Counted from the stretch's first letter, positions 22,702 through 32,345 are shown. The stretch is DNA of 60,417 bases from an uncultured Pirellulaceae bacterium (GCA_964620405.1 CAZUJM010000008.1:1-60417); one strand, 5' to 3'. Numbers and translations are program-made. Notes: generated from the sequence alone by a model not told the origin.

Positions 22702-24750
22702 TTACGAGCGTCGAGAACGCCGCAGCCCCCAGAGGCCCAGCAGGCCGCTGGCCAGCAGCGTCACGCTGGCAGGCTCCGGAACCGCCGCCACACCCGCCCG
22801 CGGCCCCGCGTCGTAGCCGCCGTCCTGGAACGCGGCGACGAAGTCCGACGACGAGAATTCCGCGTCGCCGTTCCAGTCACCCTCGATCCAGCCCGAATTG
22901 GCCGCCGTCGAATCCTCGTACTCGCCGATCTGGAACACACCCACGAAGTCGGTGCTGTTGAACAGCCCGTCAAGATTCGCGTCGCCGTACCAGGTCTTCT
23001 TCAGGTTGCGCACCCAGAAGTCGCGGTCCGCGTTGTTGACGACACCATTCTGGTCGAGGTCATACTTCGCGTTGGTCGAACCTGAACGCACCGCCGTGGA
23101 CAGCTCGTCGATGTCCGCGCCGTCGCAGGAGCCGTTGCCATTAAGATCGCAGGTCGGACCGCCCAGGTTCACCTTGTCGGCGCCGGCCTTGTCGTTGCCC
23201 AGGATCTCGTTTTGGCTGAGGGCATAGTCATAGATGCGGAACTCGTCGAACTTGCCGTCGAAGTTGGCATCGCCGGTCCAGTTCGAACGGCCCAGCCAGT
23301 TGTTGACGTCGTTGATGTCCGACAGCTTGATCGACGTCGAACCACGGTTCATCAGTTCGCCGTTGCGATAGACCCGCAGTTCCGGCGTTCCGGTGAACGG
23401 CGTGCCGTCCGAGTCGTAGACCACGGTGTAGTGCGCCGTGTGCGGCAGCACCTTCTGGTCCGTGAAGTCGATCGTCACCGCGCCGCCACCCGCCGGGTCC
23501 TCGTTGCGGACTTCCAGGCGATGGTTGTTCGTCTCCGTACCGCGCGACGCCGTCAGGGCGACGTAGTCCAGCCCCGCGCCGCCACCACCCGGCTCTTCCA
23601 GTTCGCCACCGACGCCACCGACATCGGTCGAACCGAAGTCAAAGATACGACCCCAGTTCTGGGTGCCGTCGATCGTCACCCAACTCTCGATCGTGGCATC
23701 GGTCAGCTTGGAGATCAGGCCGTTCGGCAGGTCGCCGTAAGCAGCCGACGCCGAGGGACCGCCATCCAGTTTCAGGGCCGTGCCCGTGAACGACGCGCCG
23801 TCACCGACCACCGCGCCGTTCTTGCCGCCGACCGAGTCGATCAGGACTCCGCCCGTCGCGTTCGGCGAGGCCGCATTGCTGAAGCTGTAGCGATGGATCG
23901 GACCCTTCTTCAGCGCCTCCGGCGTCGGAGCGGGCGGGGGAAGAGGATTCGTGAAGCCAGCCTTCTCCGAGTTGTAGTTCGAAAGAATCTGGGCATCGGT
24001 CAGCACGCCGTCATGGATGCGCAGCCGGCTGATGCCCATGCTGCCCTTCAGACCGCCGGTCAGGTCGACGCCGTTGCCTTCCCACTGCGACGCGATCGCG
24101 ATCGCCGTGTCAGGATGCGTGTTCAAACCACCCCACTCGGCCAGCGTCGCTTCCTCGTTCCACAGTTCACCATCCGAATACAGCCGCGTCGACTCTCCGT
24201 CGTACGTGTACACCAGGTGGTGCCACTTGTTGGCGTCCGGAGCACCCGCCGTCCAGGCCGGACCATTGTCGATCCAACCCACATCATGCTGGTCGCCGCC
24301 CCAGTGTCCCACGGCACCGAACATACCGTGATTGCCGTAGTTGAACGACATGTTCGTGCCGTTCCCGCCGCCTCGCTTGCCCCAGGAAACAATCGTCTCC
24401 TCCGAAGCGATCGACGGATTGAAGACCCAGGCTTCGATCGTCCGCGTGGGGTTCTCGCCCACGAGGCCATCCGGAGCCGGCTCGCGACCGACGAACGCAT
24501 CGTCGATGCCAGCGAAGAGCAACGTGGGAGTGCCGCCGATCGAAATCTTCTGCGGAGCACCCACCGTTTCAAAGAGGCCATACGATCCCGCGTTGGCCCA
24601 CGTCGTGGCTCCCGTCGTGAACGTGGCAGCATCCACATTCACAAAGACGGTGCCTGCCGTCTCAATCGCGACAGCCGGAGCTGCGCTGGCGGCAAGGACG
24701 GCAGCCATGGCCGCCATGCGCCTCAGTCGACTCAGCAAATGCACTCTCAT
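22702..24750 (-). CDS. LamG (concanavalin A-like lectin) domain protein with dockerin/EF-hand-like repeats and a PEP-CTERM sorting signal
   Basis: ATG 24750 gives a signal peptide. Two LamG-type domain endings are present (..RLRIHDGVLTDAQILSNY and ..FDEFRIYDYALSQNEILGN). D.NG.G..D calcium-binding-like repeats follow. The C-terminus is VPEPASVTLLASGLLGLWGLRRSRRS. Confidence 0.8.
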   Translation of the reverse strand: MRVHLLSRLRRMAAMAAVLAASAAPAVAIETAGTVFVNVDAATFTTGATTWANAGSYGLFETVGAPQKISIGGTPTLLFAGIDDAFVGREPAPDGLVGENPTRTIEAWVFNPSIASEETIVSWGKRGGGNGTNMSFNYGNHGMFGAVGHWGGDQHDVGWIDNGPAWTAGAPDANKWHHLVYTYDGESTRLYSDGELWNEEATLAEWGGLNTHPDTAIAIASQWEGNGVDLTGGLKGSMGISRLRIHDGVLTDAQILSNYNSEKAGFTNPLPPPAPTPEALKKGPIHRYSFSNAASPNATGGVLIDSVGGKNGAVVGDGASFTGTALKLDGGPSASAAYGDLPNGLISKLTDATIESWVTIDGTQNWGRIFDFGSTDVGGVGGELEEPGGGGAGLDYVALTASRGTETNNHRLEVRNEDPAGGGAVTIDFTDQKVLPHTAHYTVVYDSDGTPFTGTPELRVYRNGELMNRGSTSIKLSDINDVNNWLGRSNWTGDANFDGKFDEFRIYDYALSQNEILGNDKAGADKVNLGGPTCDLNGNGSCDGADIDELSTAVRSGSTNAKYDLDQNGVVNNADRDFWVRNLKKTWYGDANLDGLFNSTDFVGVFQIGEYEDSTAANSGWIEGDWNGDAEFSSSDFVAAFQDGGYDAGPRAGVAAVPEPASVTLLASGLLGLWGLRRSRRS

Positions 24751-25053
24751 AGAATCTCCACCCGATTCAAATCGAAAGACAGGGACAGGAACGACGCAGC
24801 CTTGACGCCGTTTTCCAAGGCGGAGTCTACGAAAACAGCAAACGTATCGCAATAAAAATCCGGGGAAGGTCTTGGCCCCGCTTCCCTGGAAAGAGCCGCG
24901 TTCAGGAAATGAAACACGAAGGCTCGGCTTGCGATCGCTACCCAGGGCCAACCACGGACGTTTGCCTGGCTCGTGCGCTAAGAAGCGTGAACAAGCGATG
25001 GACGGGGGCGTGTTCACGCGCATTCGGCGAGTCGTCGAGAATTCCCGCCGAGA

Positions 25054-28000
25054 TCAGGGCGCGGAGCCGCCGACAGCCACCCCATCGCCGGCCGTTGAGC
25101 CATCCGCCGCCGCCTCATCCGCCACCGTCACGCGCGTGACGGCCGAGGCCTCGTCCAGCGGGATCGCCGCTGCCGAAGTCGTACCGCCGGGCCAGGCCAC
25201 TTCCAATCGCAGTCCCGTCGCGTCGGCCGGTACGGAGAACCACTGCGAACTGGACGCCTGCGACAGGTAGCCTCCACCCGCCGTCACTTCGCGGACCTGC
25301 GGCGTCGATCCATCCCCCAGCAGTTTCAAGCGGGCGCCGACCGCCGTCGGATTGCCCGCTCTCCCGCGCAGATCCACCTTGACCCACCGCCGCTTCGCCC
25401 CCGCCGCCGGATCGCCGGCCATCTGCCACGCGCGCCAGGCACCGTCGTTGACGCCCACGAGGAAATCCGGCAAGCCATCGCCGTTCAGTTCCGTGAGGGC
25501 CAGGCACTTGGCATCCCCGCCCTCCACCAGCCCCGTACTGCCCGGTTCCTGCGGTTGCCAGCCGCCGCGGCCATCGCCCAGCATCAGCAGGCTCACGCCG
25601 CCATCCATGCGGCCCGTCTCCCGTTGCGGCGAGTAGGAGTTCTGCGCGAGGTAGAGATCGAGCTGCCCATCGCCGTTGATGTCGACCAGTTCGGCACCGA
25701 AGGCCGGAGCGATCTGGGCGATGCGAGGCAGCGGCCGGAACTCCCACGCCTGCCCCGCGCCCGGATTGACCAGCACCCCCGACTCCAGCGTGTTGGCATC
25801 GAACCGGTGCGCCTTCTCCAATCCCTCGGGCGTGTAGATCTCCTGCAGCTGCGCGACACCAAACTCCGTGAACGTCTTGAAGCGATCCTTCAGGAAGGGC
25901 ATGGCGTTCGACGAACAACTGCGCCCGCGCACCGGGAACAGCTTCTCGCCCTCGTACTCCGACTCGACAATCTGCATCGCGCCCGACTTATCGAAGTCCC
26001 CGTAGTAGATGCTCGTCGGATGGTCCGCGCTGGCGTGGTACTTCGTGTTCAGCCCACAGTTGGTGACGACGAAGTCCATGTCGCCATCACGATCGACGTC
26101 GCCCGCGCGAATGCCGTTCCACCATCCCAGGCGGCTCGCCAGCCCCAGCGATTCCGTGACCTCGGCCAACGCCTTGCCGCCGTCGTTACGCAGCGCGCGG
26201 ACGGGCCCCCATTCCGTGGCCAGCCACAGATCGAGCCAGCCGTCTTGGTCGGTGTCGGTCCAGGTTGCGCCCGATACCATGCCGGCCTGCGCGAGAGCCG
26301 GAGCAACTTCGGCCGTGACATCCTGGAAGCGTCCGCCCTCGTTGCGCAGCAGCGTGCTGACAGGCGCCAGCGGATAGCTGGCCGGCTTCAGGCGTCCGCC
26401 CACGAACAGATCGAGGTCGCCGTCGCGATCGTAGTCGGCGGCGGCCACCACGCCGTTGCTGGTCGTCTCGCGCGGCAACGCTTCCTTGTCGTACTTGAAC
26501 GCACCTCCCTCATTTCGATAGAGCCGATCCTGCTGCCGCGAATCGCCGGCCGGGATCTCCCCCGAGCCGCTGGCCACATACAGATCCATGTCGCCATCGC
26601 CATCGCAGTCCAGGAACACGGCTCCCATGTCCTCGCGGTCCTTATGGTCGGCGAAGGCGCGTGTCTTCGCCACGGCGTGGCCATCCTTGCCGCTGACCAC
26701 CAGCTGTCCCTCCTGCCCCGCCGCGCCGCCAAGAAAGAAGTCGTCCAGGCCATCGCCGTTGATATCGGCCACGGCGACACCCGGCCCCAACTGCGACAGC
26801 TTCGCGGGCAGCAGCGGCTGCAGCTTGTAGTCGTCAAACGGCGTCTCCCGGTGCACCAACTGCAGCCGCTTCAGCGTCGCAGCCTCCTCAAACTTCACCG
26901 TCGCCATGTCCGCGTTCGCAGCCAGCGTGCCGTGCAGCGTCCCCGCCACGGCTGGCCCCACCGCCGCTCCCGTATCCGGCTCCTCAATCCGATGCAAACG
27001 CCCCGTCTCCAGGTCGTTCACCACCTGCACTTCGCCGCTCGGCCAGTGAATCGTCACCTGCTCGGCCTTCTGCTGTTCGCCAACCCCGAAGTGCAGCACC
27101 AGTTCGCTCGTCGAATTCCAACCGCGCGTCGAGGAAAGGTAGCGGGTCTGTTCGATACCACCAGCCTTCAACCGCACGAGCGCCCCGAGTCCCTGCTGGT
27201 TGCTGCGCTGGCCCGCCAGCTGGATCCGCACGCTCTGGCCCTCGGTGCTGTTGTTGCGATAGACCTGCGCCGGGCGATCCATGTTGTTGAGAATCAGGTC
27301 CAGGTCGCCGTCCGCATCGAGGTCTGCGGTCGCGCCGCCGAAGCTCACGCCCAGGTGGTCGAAGCCCCACTGCCGGCCCACGTCCTCGAACTGCAGGTCG
27401 CCCCGATTGCGGAACAGGCGGTTCAAGTCGCGACGATAGTCCTGCTTCCGCCAGAAGGCGAAGAACTCCGGCGATCCCTGCTTGAACTGCTGCTTGGCTT
27501 GATCGTTCAGGTCCGAGTTGGTGAAGTCGCGAAAGCTGCCGTTCGTGATGAACACATCTTCCCAGCCATCGTTGTCGAGGTCCTCGAATCGAGCCGTCCA
27601 GGTCCAGTCGGAAGCCTCCAGGCCGGCGATGAAGGCGGTTTCGAGGAAGCGATCGGAACCGGAGTTCACGAAGAGCGTGTTGCGCGGATACTGGCGGGGC
27701 TGGCCGTATTCCAGGAACCAACCGCTGGAACTCATGTCGCCCATGCCGACCTTCTGGCGGAAATGGTCCGAACCGGCCATGTCGGTCGCCATCAGGTCGA
27801 GCCGCCCGTCGCGATTCGCGTCGCAGATGTCGACGCCCATGGAAGACCAGGGCGTATGTGGCAGCGAGCTGGGCGCAATGTCGGTGAACGTGCCATCGCC
27901 GTTATTGCGGTAGAGCCGATCGGGCCCCCAGTAGTCGTTCGACACGTAGACATCGGGCCAGCCATCCCCGTTGAAGTCCCACCACACGGCGGCCTGCCCG

Positions 28001-28866
28001 ATGTCGGCCCCCTGGATGCCCGACGACTTACCCACCTCGGTGAACTTCACGTTGCCGTTCGCGTCCTTGCCCTCATTGCGAAACAGTCGATCGAACTGCC
28101 CCGCCTCCACCTGCTTCGCCCGGTCGCCCGGCATGTACAGCAGTTGCCAGTACTCGACAAGTTCCTCAAGCACCACGGGACGCCCATCGACAAAGCGGAC
28201 GCGGAACGGCTTGTCGGGCGGCAGGCCGGCCGTCACCAGGTAACCGTCCAGGTCGCCGTCTCGGTCGTAGTCGCAGAACGCCATCATGACGCTCGCGCCG
28301 CGAAAATTCAGGCCGAACCCGTTATTCGCCAGCTTGAACTTTCCCGAACCGTCGTTCAGATAGAGTCGGTTCGCGGCCGCATACGCGCACTGGTAGAGAT
28401 CCACATCGCCGTCGTTGTCGATATCGACAAACGACGCGCCGGTGTGCCAGTAGTCGTCATCGCGCAGTCCCGCGGCATCGGTGATGTCCTCGAAGCGGAA
28501 CCCGCCCGCGTTCCGATAGAGCCGCGCGCCTCCCGAGGGGCTGGTCAGGTAGAAGTCAGGCAGGCCATCGCGGTCGATATCGGCCACGGTCACGCCGCCG
28601 CCAACATTCTGCGAATAGAAGATGCGGTCGTACGACGCGGGCTTGTCCCAACGCGTCACGAAGTGAACGCCGGTCTCCTCGGGTGTCAGCGGCGTGAACA
28701 TCTTGTCCGCACCGCCCGCGTCCCGCTGCGTGACGCGCGTTCCCTGCGGATTCGGACCGCCGCTCTCCGGACCGCCGCTCTCCGCTCGGCATCCGACCAG
28801 CAGCAACATCCCGCAGACTACCCCACAGAGCGTCCCGCAGACCATCCACCGCCCTAGCATTTGCAT
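25054..28866 (-). CDS. FG-GAP/VCBS-repeat + ASPIC/UnbV (CRTAC1-like) lipoprotein, double-length (two repeat+ASPIC units)
   Basis: The signal and lipobox read ..MLLLVGCRAE. There are many D.D.DG..D FG-GAP motifs and two ASPIC-type segments (GALVRLKAGGIEQTRYLSSTRGWNSTSELVLHFGVG.. and GARLKLLGDGSTPQVREVTAGGGYLSQASSSQWF..). Confidence 0.85.
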   Translation of the reverse strand: MQMLGRWMVCGTLCGVVCGMLLLVGCRAESGGPESGGPNPQGTRVTQRDAGGADKMFTPLTPEETGVHFVTRWDKPASYDRIFYSQNVGGGVTVADIDRDGLPDFYLTSPSGGARLYRNAGGFRFEDITDAAGLRDDDYWHTGASFVDIDNDGDVDLYQCAYAAANRLYLNDGSGKFKLANNGFGLNFRGASVMMAFCDYDRDGDLDGYLVTAGLPPDKPFRVRFVDGRPVVLEELVEYWQLLYMPGDRAKQVEAGQFDRLFRNEGKDANGNVKFTEVGKSSGIQGADIGQAAVWWDFNGDGWPDVYVSNDYWGPDRLYRNNGDGTFTDIAPSSLPHTPWSSMGVDICDANRDGRLDLMATDMAGSDHFRQKVGMGDMSSSGWFLEYGQPRQYPRNTLFVNSGSDRFLETAFIAGLEASDWTWTARFEDLDNDGWEDVFITNGSFRDFTNSDLNDQAKQQFKQGSPEFFAFWRKQDYRRDLNRLFRNRGDLQFEDVGRQWGFDHLGVSFGGATADLDADGDLDLILNNMDRPAQVYRNNSTEGQSVRIQLAGQRSNQQGLGALVRLKAGGIEQTRYLSSTRGWNSTSELVLHFGVGEQQKAEQVTIHWPSGEVQVVNDLETGRLHRIEEPDTGAAVGPAVAGTLHGTLAANADMATVKFEEAATLKRLQLVHRETPFDDYKLQPLLPAKLSQLGPGVAVADINGDGLDDFFLGGAAGQEGQLVVSGKDGHAVAKTRAFADHKDREDMGAVFLDCDGDGDMDLYVASGSGEIPAGDSRQQDRLYRNEGGAFKYDKEALPRETTSNGVVAAADYDRDGDLDLFVGGRLKPASYPLAPVSTLLRNEGGRFQDVTAEVAPALAQAGMVSGATWTDTDQDGWLDLWLATEWGPVRALRNDGGKALAEVTESLGLASRLGWWNGIRAGDVDRDGDMDFVVTNCGLNTKYHASADHPTSIYYGDFDKSGAMQIVESEYEGEKLFPVRGRSCSSNAMPFLKDRFKTFTEFGVAQLQEIYTPEGLEKAHRFDANTLESGVLVNPGAGQAWEFRPLPRIAQIAPAFGAELVDINGDGQLDLYLAQNSYSPQRETGRMDGGVSLLMLGDGRGGWQPQEPGSTGLVEGGDAKCLALTELNGDGLPDFLVGVNDGAWRAWQMAGDPAAGAKRRWVKVDLRGRAGNPTAVGARLKLLGDGSTPQVREVTAGGGYLSQASSSQWFSVPADATGLRLEVAWPGGTTSAAAIPLDEASAVTRVTVADEAAADGSTAGDGVAVGGSAP

Positions 28867-28967
28867 ACACCGGATCCCGTCTCAAAACCCACCGGCGGTC
28901 CGCCAGTGTTTCTTCGTTCCACCATGCAGGAGGCCATGTTACAACAGAAGGAGTTTCTCGCCAAACA

Positions 28968-31127
28968 TTGGGCCCTCCCGCGATCAGAATGCGAAACGTA
29001 CCCCGACACCCTCGGCCACCGGGATACCCCGGCGCCAGCGACGGCGCTCGGCCAGTTCGCCCCGTCTTTGCCCGTGTGTTCGGGGCCCGTGTGTTCGGGG
29101 CCCGTGTGTTCGGGGCCCGTGCGTTCGGGGGCTCAATCTTCCTCGCGTTCCTCTGCCTTCAGCCGGGCTGCCGGCCCGCGAACGTTTCAGACACCCCCAG
29201 CGATTCGACCGGCACCGCCCGGCCCGCGGCGGCAGCCGTAAACCCGGCCGCAAATCCAGCCACATCCGCAATCGGGCCCGCGGCGACAGATCAGGATCCG
29301 GTGCGTCGACTGGTGGCGGAGGAGGAACTGATCCTGGAACTGACGCCTGTCATGCAGGGACTCGAACGCGACCTGCGGAACCTGCAGCTTCCCGCCGCCG
29401 ACGGGCGCGGCCTGCTGACCAACGATTGTCAGCTCGTGGACTGCCGCCCGCAGGACGCCTCCCCCGCCGAATCTTCTTCCGACGCGGCGTGGCATTTCGT
29501 CGCCGATGACCAGTCCCAGTCACTTCACCCCGACCTGCGACTCTGGAAACCGTTCTTCGAGTCGCTGGCCTACGTGGAACACGCGAAGCTGTCGCTCGTG
29601 AAGGGACGCTTCCTCGATTCCGGCTGGCGGCGATTCGAAACGGAAGTAAGCCTGTCGGGACTCGCGCGTGGCCACGATCGACGCTGGCTCGACCTTCGTG
29701 GCTCGATGCGTCTAGAGTGGACACGCGACGCGGAACCGTCGCCCGCCGCCACCGTCCAAGCCACCCCAGCCACTGCTCCTCCGGCCCCCGACAACGCCCC
29801 GATGACGGGCTGGCGGATCGCTGCGTGGCGCACGGAATCCCTGGTGCTGACGGCTGCCGATCGGCTGCAGTTTCGGGAGGTGCTGGGCGAAGCCGTGCCC
29901 GATGCGCGGCAGCGACAGTCGCTCCTGGAGTCGCAGCACTGGCTCTATGCCGTGAACCATTTCTATCCCAAGCGCGCTGCGCGCGTCGACGACGACATCA
30001 ACGATGCGCGATTCTTCCCCATCTCGACGGCCTACCATCCGGGGCTGTCGGTCGTCGACGTCGACCGCGACGGCTGGGACGATCTCTATGTGATGGATCG
30101 CTGGGGCCAGAACCGCCTGCTGCACAACCAGGGCGATGGCACCTTCCGCGAGGCCTCGGCGTCGCGCGGACTGGATGTCAACGGCCGCAGCAACGCGGCC
30201 GTCTTCGCGGACTTCGACAACGACGGAGACGCCGACCTGATGCTGGCCCGCGGCATGGAACGCAGCCTGTACCTCGTCAACGAAGACGGTCGCTTCGTCG
30301 ATCGTTCCAGCGAGCGTGTCGCGTTTCCCCTGCCGATGGAAGCCACCTCCGTCTCGGCCGCCGACTACAACGGGGACGGCCTGCTGGACGTCTACTTCTC
30401 CACCTACCACCAGGACGACATCAGCCGCCGGCTCGATGCCGACCTGGCGGATCCAAGCCACCGCATCCATGCCACGCTCACTCCCGAACACTCGGCGGAA
30501 CTCCAGCGGCGTTTCCGCGCCGAGACGCGGTCGTTCATCAGCCAGGTCGGGCCCCCGAACATCCTGCTGGTCAACCAAGGCGAGGGCCGTTTCGCGCTGG
30601 CGCCCGAAAACGAGCAGGTCGCCGTCTGGCGCAACTCGTTCCAGGCCACCTGGTGCGACTACGACCAGGATGGCGACCCGGACCTCTACGTGGCCAACGA
30701 TTTCGCGCCCGATAGCCTGCTGCGCAACGACGGCGCCGGGGGCTTCCGCGAAGTGTCCCGGGAAAGCGGTATCACGCGACTGGGGTTCGGCATGGGCGCG
30801 AGCTGGTCCGACTTCGACAACGACGGACAGCATGACCTGTACGTAAGCAACATGTACAGCAAGGCCGGGCGACGCATCACGCGCGGCGTCGGCCAGCTCG
30901 ATCCCCGCATCGCGCAGCTGGCCGACGGCAACTACCTCTATCGCTACGACGGGCGGCAGTTCCACCTCGTCTCGGGCCTCACTCCCCCGGCTCTGACGGT
31001 CGCCCGAGCCGGCTGGGCCTGGGGCGGACAGTTCTTCGACGCCGACAACGACGGGTTCCAGGATCTCTACGTCTCCAGCGGATACTACACGGTCCCCGCG
31101 CCCTACGAGACCAAGATCGATTTGTGA
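28968..31127 (+). CDS. FG-GAP-repeat (CRTAC1-like) protein, N-terminal 719 codons, ending at an in-frame TGA that may be recoded (see findings)
   Basis: FG-GAP motifs are present (VVDVDRDGWDDLYV, FADFDNDGDADLML, AADYNGDGLLDVYF, WCDYDQDGDPDLYV, WSDFDNDGQHDLYV, FFDADNDGFQDLYV). The N-terminal region is paralogous to that of 32346..34934. The ASPIC domain expected after the repeats is missing from this ORF and appears in the next same-frame ORF. Confidence 0.8.
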   Translation: MGPPAIRMRNVPRHPRPPGYPGASDGARPVRPVFARVFGARVFGARVFGARAFGGSIFLAFLCLQPGCRPANVSDTPSDSTGTARPAAAAVNPAANPATSAIGPAATDQDPVRRLVAEEELILELTPVMQGLERDLRNLQLPAADGRGLLTNDCQLVDCRPQDASPAESSSDAAWHFVADDQSQSLHPDLRLWKPFFESLAYVEHAKLSLVKGRFLDSGWRRFETEVSLSGLARGHDRRWLDLRGSMRLEWTRDAEPSPAATVQATPATAPPAPDNAPMTGWRIAAWRTESLVLTAADRLQFREVLGEAVPDARQRQSLLESQHWLYAVNHFYPKRAARVDDDINDARFFPISTAYHPGLSVVDVDRDGWDDLYVMDRWGQNRLLHNQGDGTFREASASRGLDVNGRSNAAVFADFDNDGDADLMLARGMERSLYLVNEDGRFVDRSSERVAFPLPMEATSVSAADYNGDGLLDVYFSTYHQDDISRRLDADLADPSHRIHATLTPEHSAELQRRFRAETRSFISQVGPPNILLVNQGEGRFALAPENEQVAVWRNSFQATWCDYDQDGDPDLYVANDFAPDSLLRNDGAGGFREVSRESGITRLGFGMGASWSDFDNDGQHDLYVSNMYSKAGRRITRGVGQLDPRIAQLADGNYLYRYDGRQFHLVSGLTPPALTVARAGWAWGGQFFDADNDGFQDLYVSSGYYTVPAPYETKIDL
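29071..29130. repeat. 4 x 15-bp in-frame tandem repeat (cccgtgtgttcgggg; the last copy has one mismatch) encoding (ARVFG)x3-ARAFG in the N-terminal/signal region of the CDS
   Basis: Direct reading gives copies at 29071-29085, 29086-29100, 29101-29115 and 29116-29130. Confidence 0.9.
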
Positions 31128-31135
31128 AGTAACTT

Positions 31136-31156
31136 CTGGCGCGCGGTCGTGCGCAG
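31136..31156 (+). promoter_or_regulatory. Hairpin 8 nt downstream of the in-frame TGA; candidate bacterial SECIS element
   Basis: The RNA is CUG(G)CGCGC-GGUC-GUGCGCAG: 8 pairs (one of them G-U), one bulged G, and a GGUC apical loop. Confidence 0.35.
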
Positions 31157-32318
31157 TGACCAAACCTTGTCACCCTCCGGATTCCGCGGCTCGGAGCAGT
31201 GGCAGACCAATCCATTCACCAACGAACGGCAGGCGCAGATCGACCGCCGCTACGAACAGGGGCGCGTGGAGTCGGAGGCAGGCACGCAGTGGCACTCGTT
31301 CAGTGGCCATGAGCGGAACTGCTACTTCCACAACCTGCACGGGCGTGCGTTTCGCGATGAGTCGACCCTTTCGGGCCTGGACCAAGTGGCCGACAGCCGG
31401 GCTTTCGTCGTCTGGGACTACGACCACGACGGCGCCGCCGATATCGGGCTGGTCAACGCCAACTATCCGCTGCTGAACCTGTACCGAAACCAGGCGCGGG
31501 ATGTGTCCGGCACTGCGGCCCGCGGCCACTTCGTCGCTCTGAGGTTCCACGGCGGCAACACGACGAACCAACCTCGCCGCGACCTGTCTGCGCGCGACGC
31601 CTACGGCGCCACGGTGCGCATCGAAGCGGGCGGCCTGAAGCTCCTGCGTGAACATCGGTGCGGCGAAGGCTTCGCCGCCCAGAACAGCGCGACGCTGCTG
31701 GTCGGCCTGGGCGAAGCCTCGCGCATCGAGCGTCTCTCCGTGCGCTGGCCGTCCGGCCGCACCGACACGTGGCAGGACCTGCCCGTCGACCAACTGCTGG
31801 AACTGCACGAAACGCCCGACACCTCCGCCGATGCCCGGACGCTCCGCATCGCCGACTACGCCCCCGCCCCACGCCCGGCGACCGTCGACTCCAGCCCCCT
31901 GCGTCCCCTCGGGCAACTCGATCTCGCCGCCTGCCTGCCAGCCGACCTCCCCACCGACCGACCGCTCTACCTGCTCACCACCATGGCCACCTGGTGCGAG
32001 GCCTGCCTGCGACACCAGGCGCCCCTGGTCAATCTGGCCGCGCGCCACGCCGATCAGTTGGTGCTCTGTGGAGTGCCGGTCGACCCGATTGAAACGCCGG
32101 AAGAACTGGAGCGTTACGCTGAACGAGCACGCCCCGCGTACCGCATCCTGAGCAGCATCGATCCCGAGCAGCGCGACCGCGTCGTGCAGGTGATCCGCCG
32201 CGAACTCAAGACCGAATCCATTCCCTGCAGTGTCCTCGTGGACTCCCAGGGCCGGATCCTCGAGGCGTTCTACGGCACGCCAACCGCCTCCGACATCGGA
32301 CGCTGGCTGATGCGGTAG
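31149..32318 (+). CDS. ASPIC/UnbV domain + TlpA/thioredoxin-like (WCEAC) domain; probably the C-terminal continuation of 28968..31127 rather than an independent gene
   Basis: It is in the same frame as the upstream ORF, and the listed start is a GTG with no Shine-Dalgarno sequence. It contains VVWDYDHDGAADIGLVN, then ASPIC-type HFVALRFHGGN..DAYGATVRIEAGG..GEGFAAQNSATLLVGLG..RLSVRWPSG. A thioredoxin-fold segment follows: LYLLTTMATWCEACLRH...VLVDSQGRILEAFYG. Confidence 0.75.
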   Translation: MRSDQTLSPSGFRGSEQWQTNPFTNERQAQIDRRYEQGRVESEAGTQWHSFSGHERNCYFHNLHGRAFRDESTLSGLDQVADSRAFVVWDYDHDGAADIGLVNANYPLLNLYRNQARDVSGTAARGHFVALRFHGGNTTNQPRRDLSARDAYGATVRIEAGGLKLLREHRCGEGFAAQNSATLLVGLGEASRIERLSVRWPSGRTDTWQDLPVDQLLELHETPDTSADARTLRIADYAPAPRPATVDSSPLRPLGQLDLAACLPADLPTDRPLYLLTTMATWCEACLRHQAPLVNLAARHADQLVLCGVPVDPIETPEELERYAERARPAYRILSSIDPEQRDRVVQVIRRELKTESIPCSVLVDSQGRILEAFYGTPTASDIGRWLMR

Positions 32319-32345
32319 CCGCCGCGGTATTCATCACGGCGCGCG

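Noticed and set aside
25555-28857. A 1100-codon + strand ORF antisense to the FG-GAP/ASPIC gene; likewise 29712..31163 (-), 32610..33746 (+) and 42329..43474 (+)
   Set aside because: These are Arg/His/Val/Gln-rich sequences with no motifs, and each lies opposite an ORF with clear domain motifs. They are GC-driven antisense artefacts.
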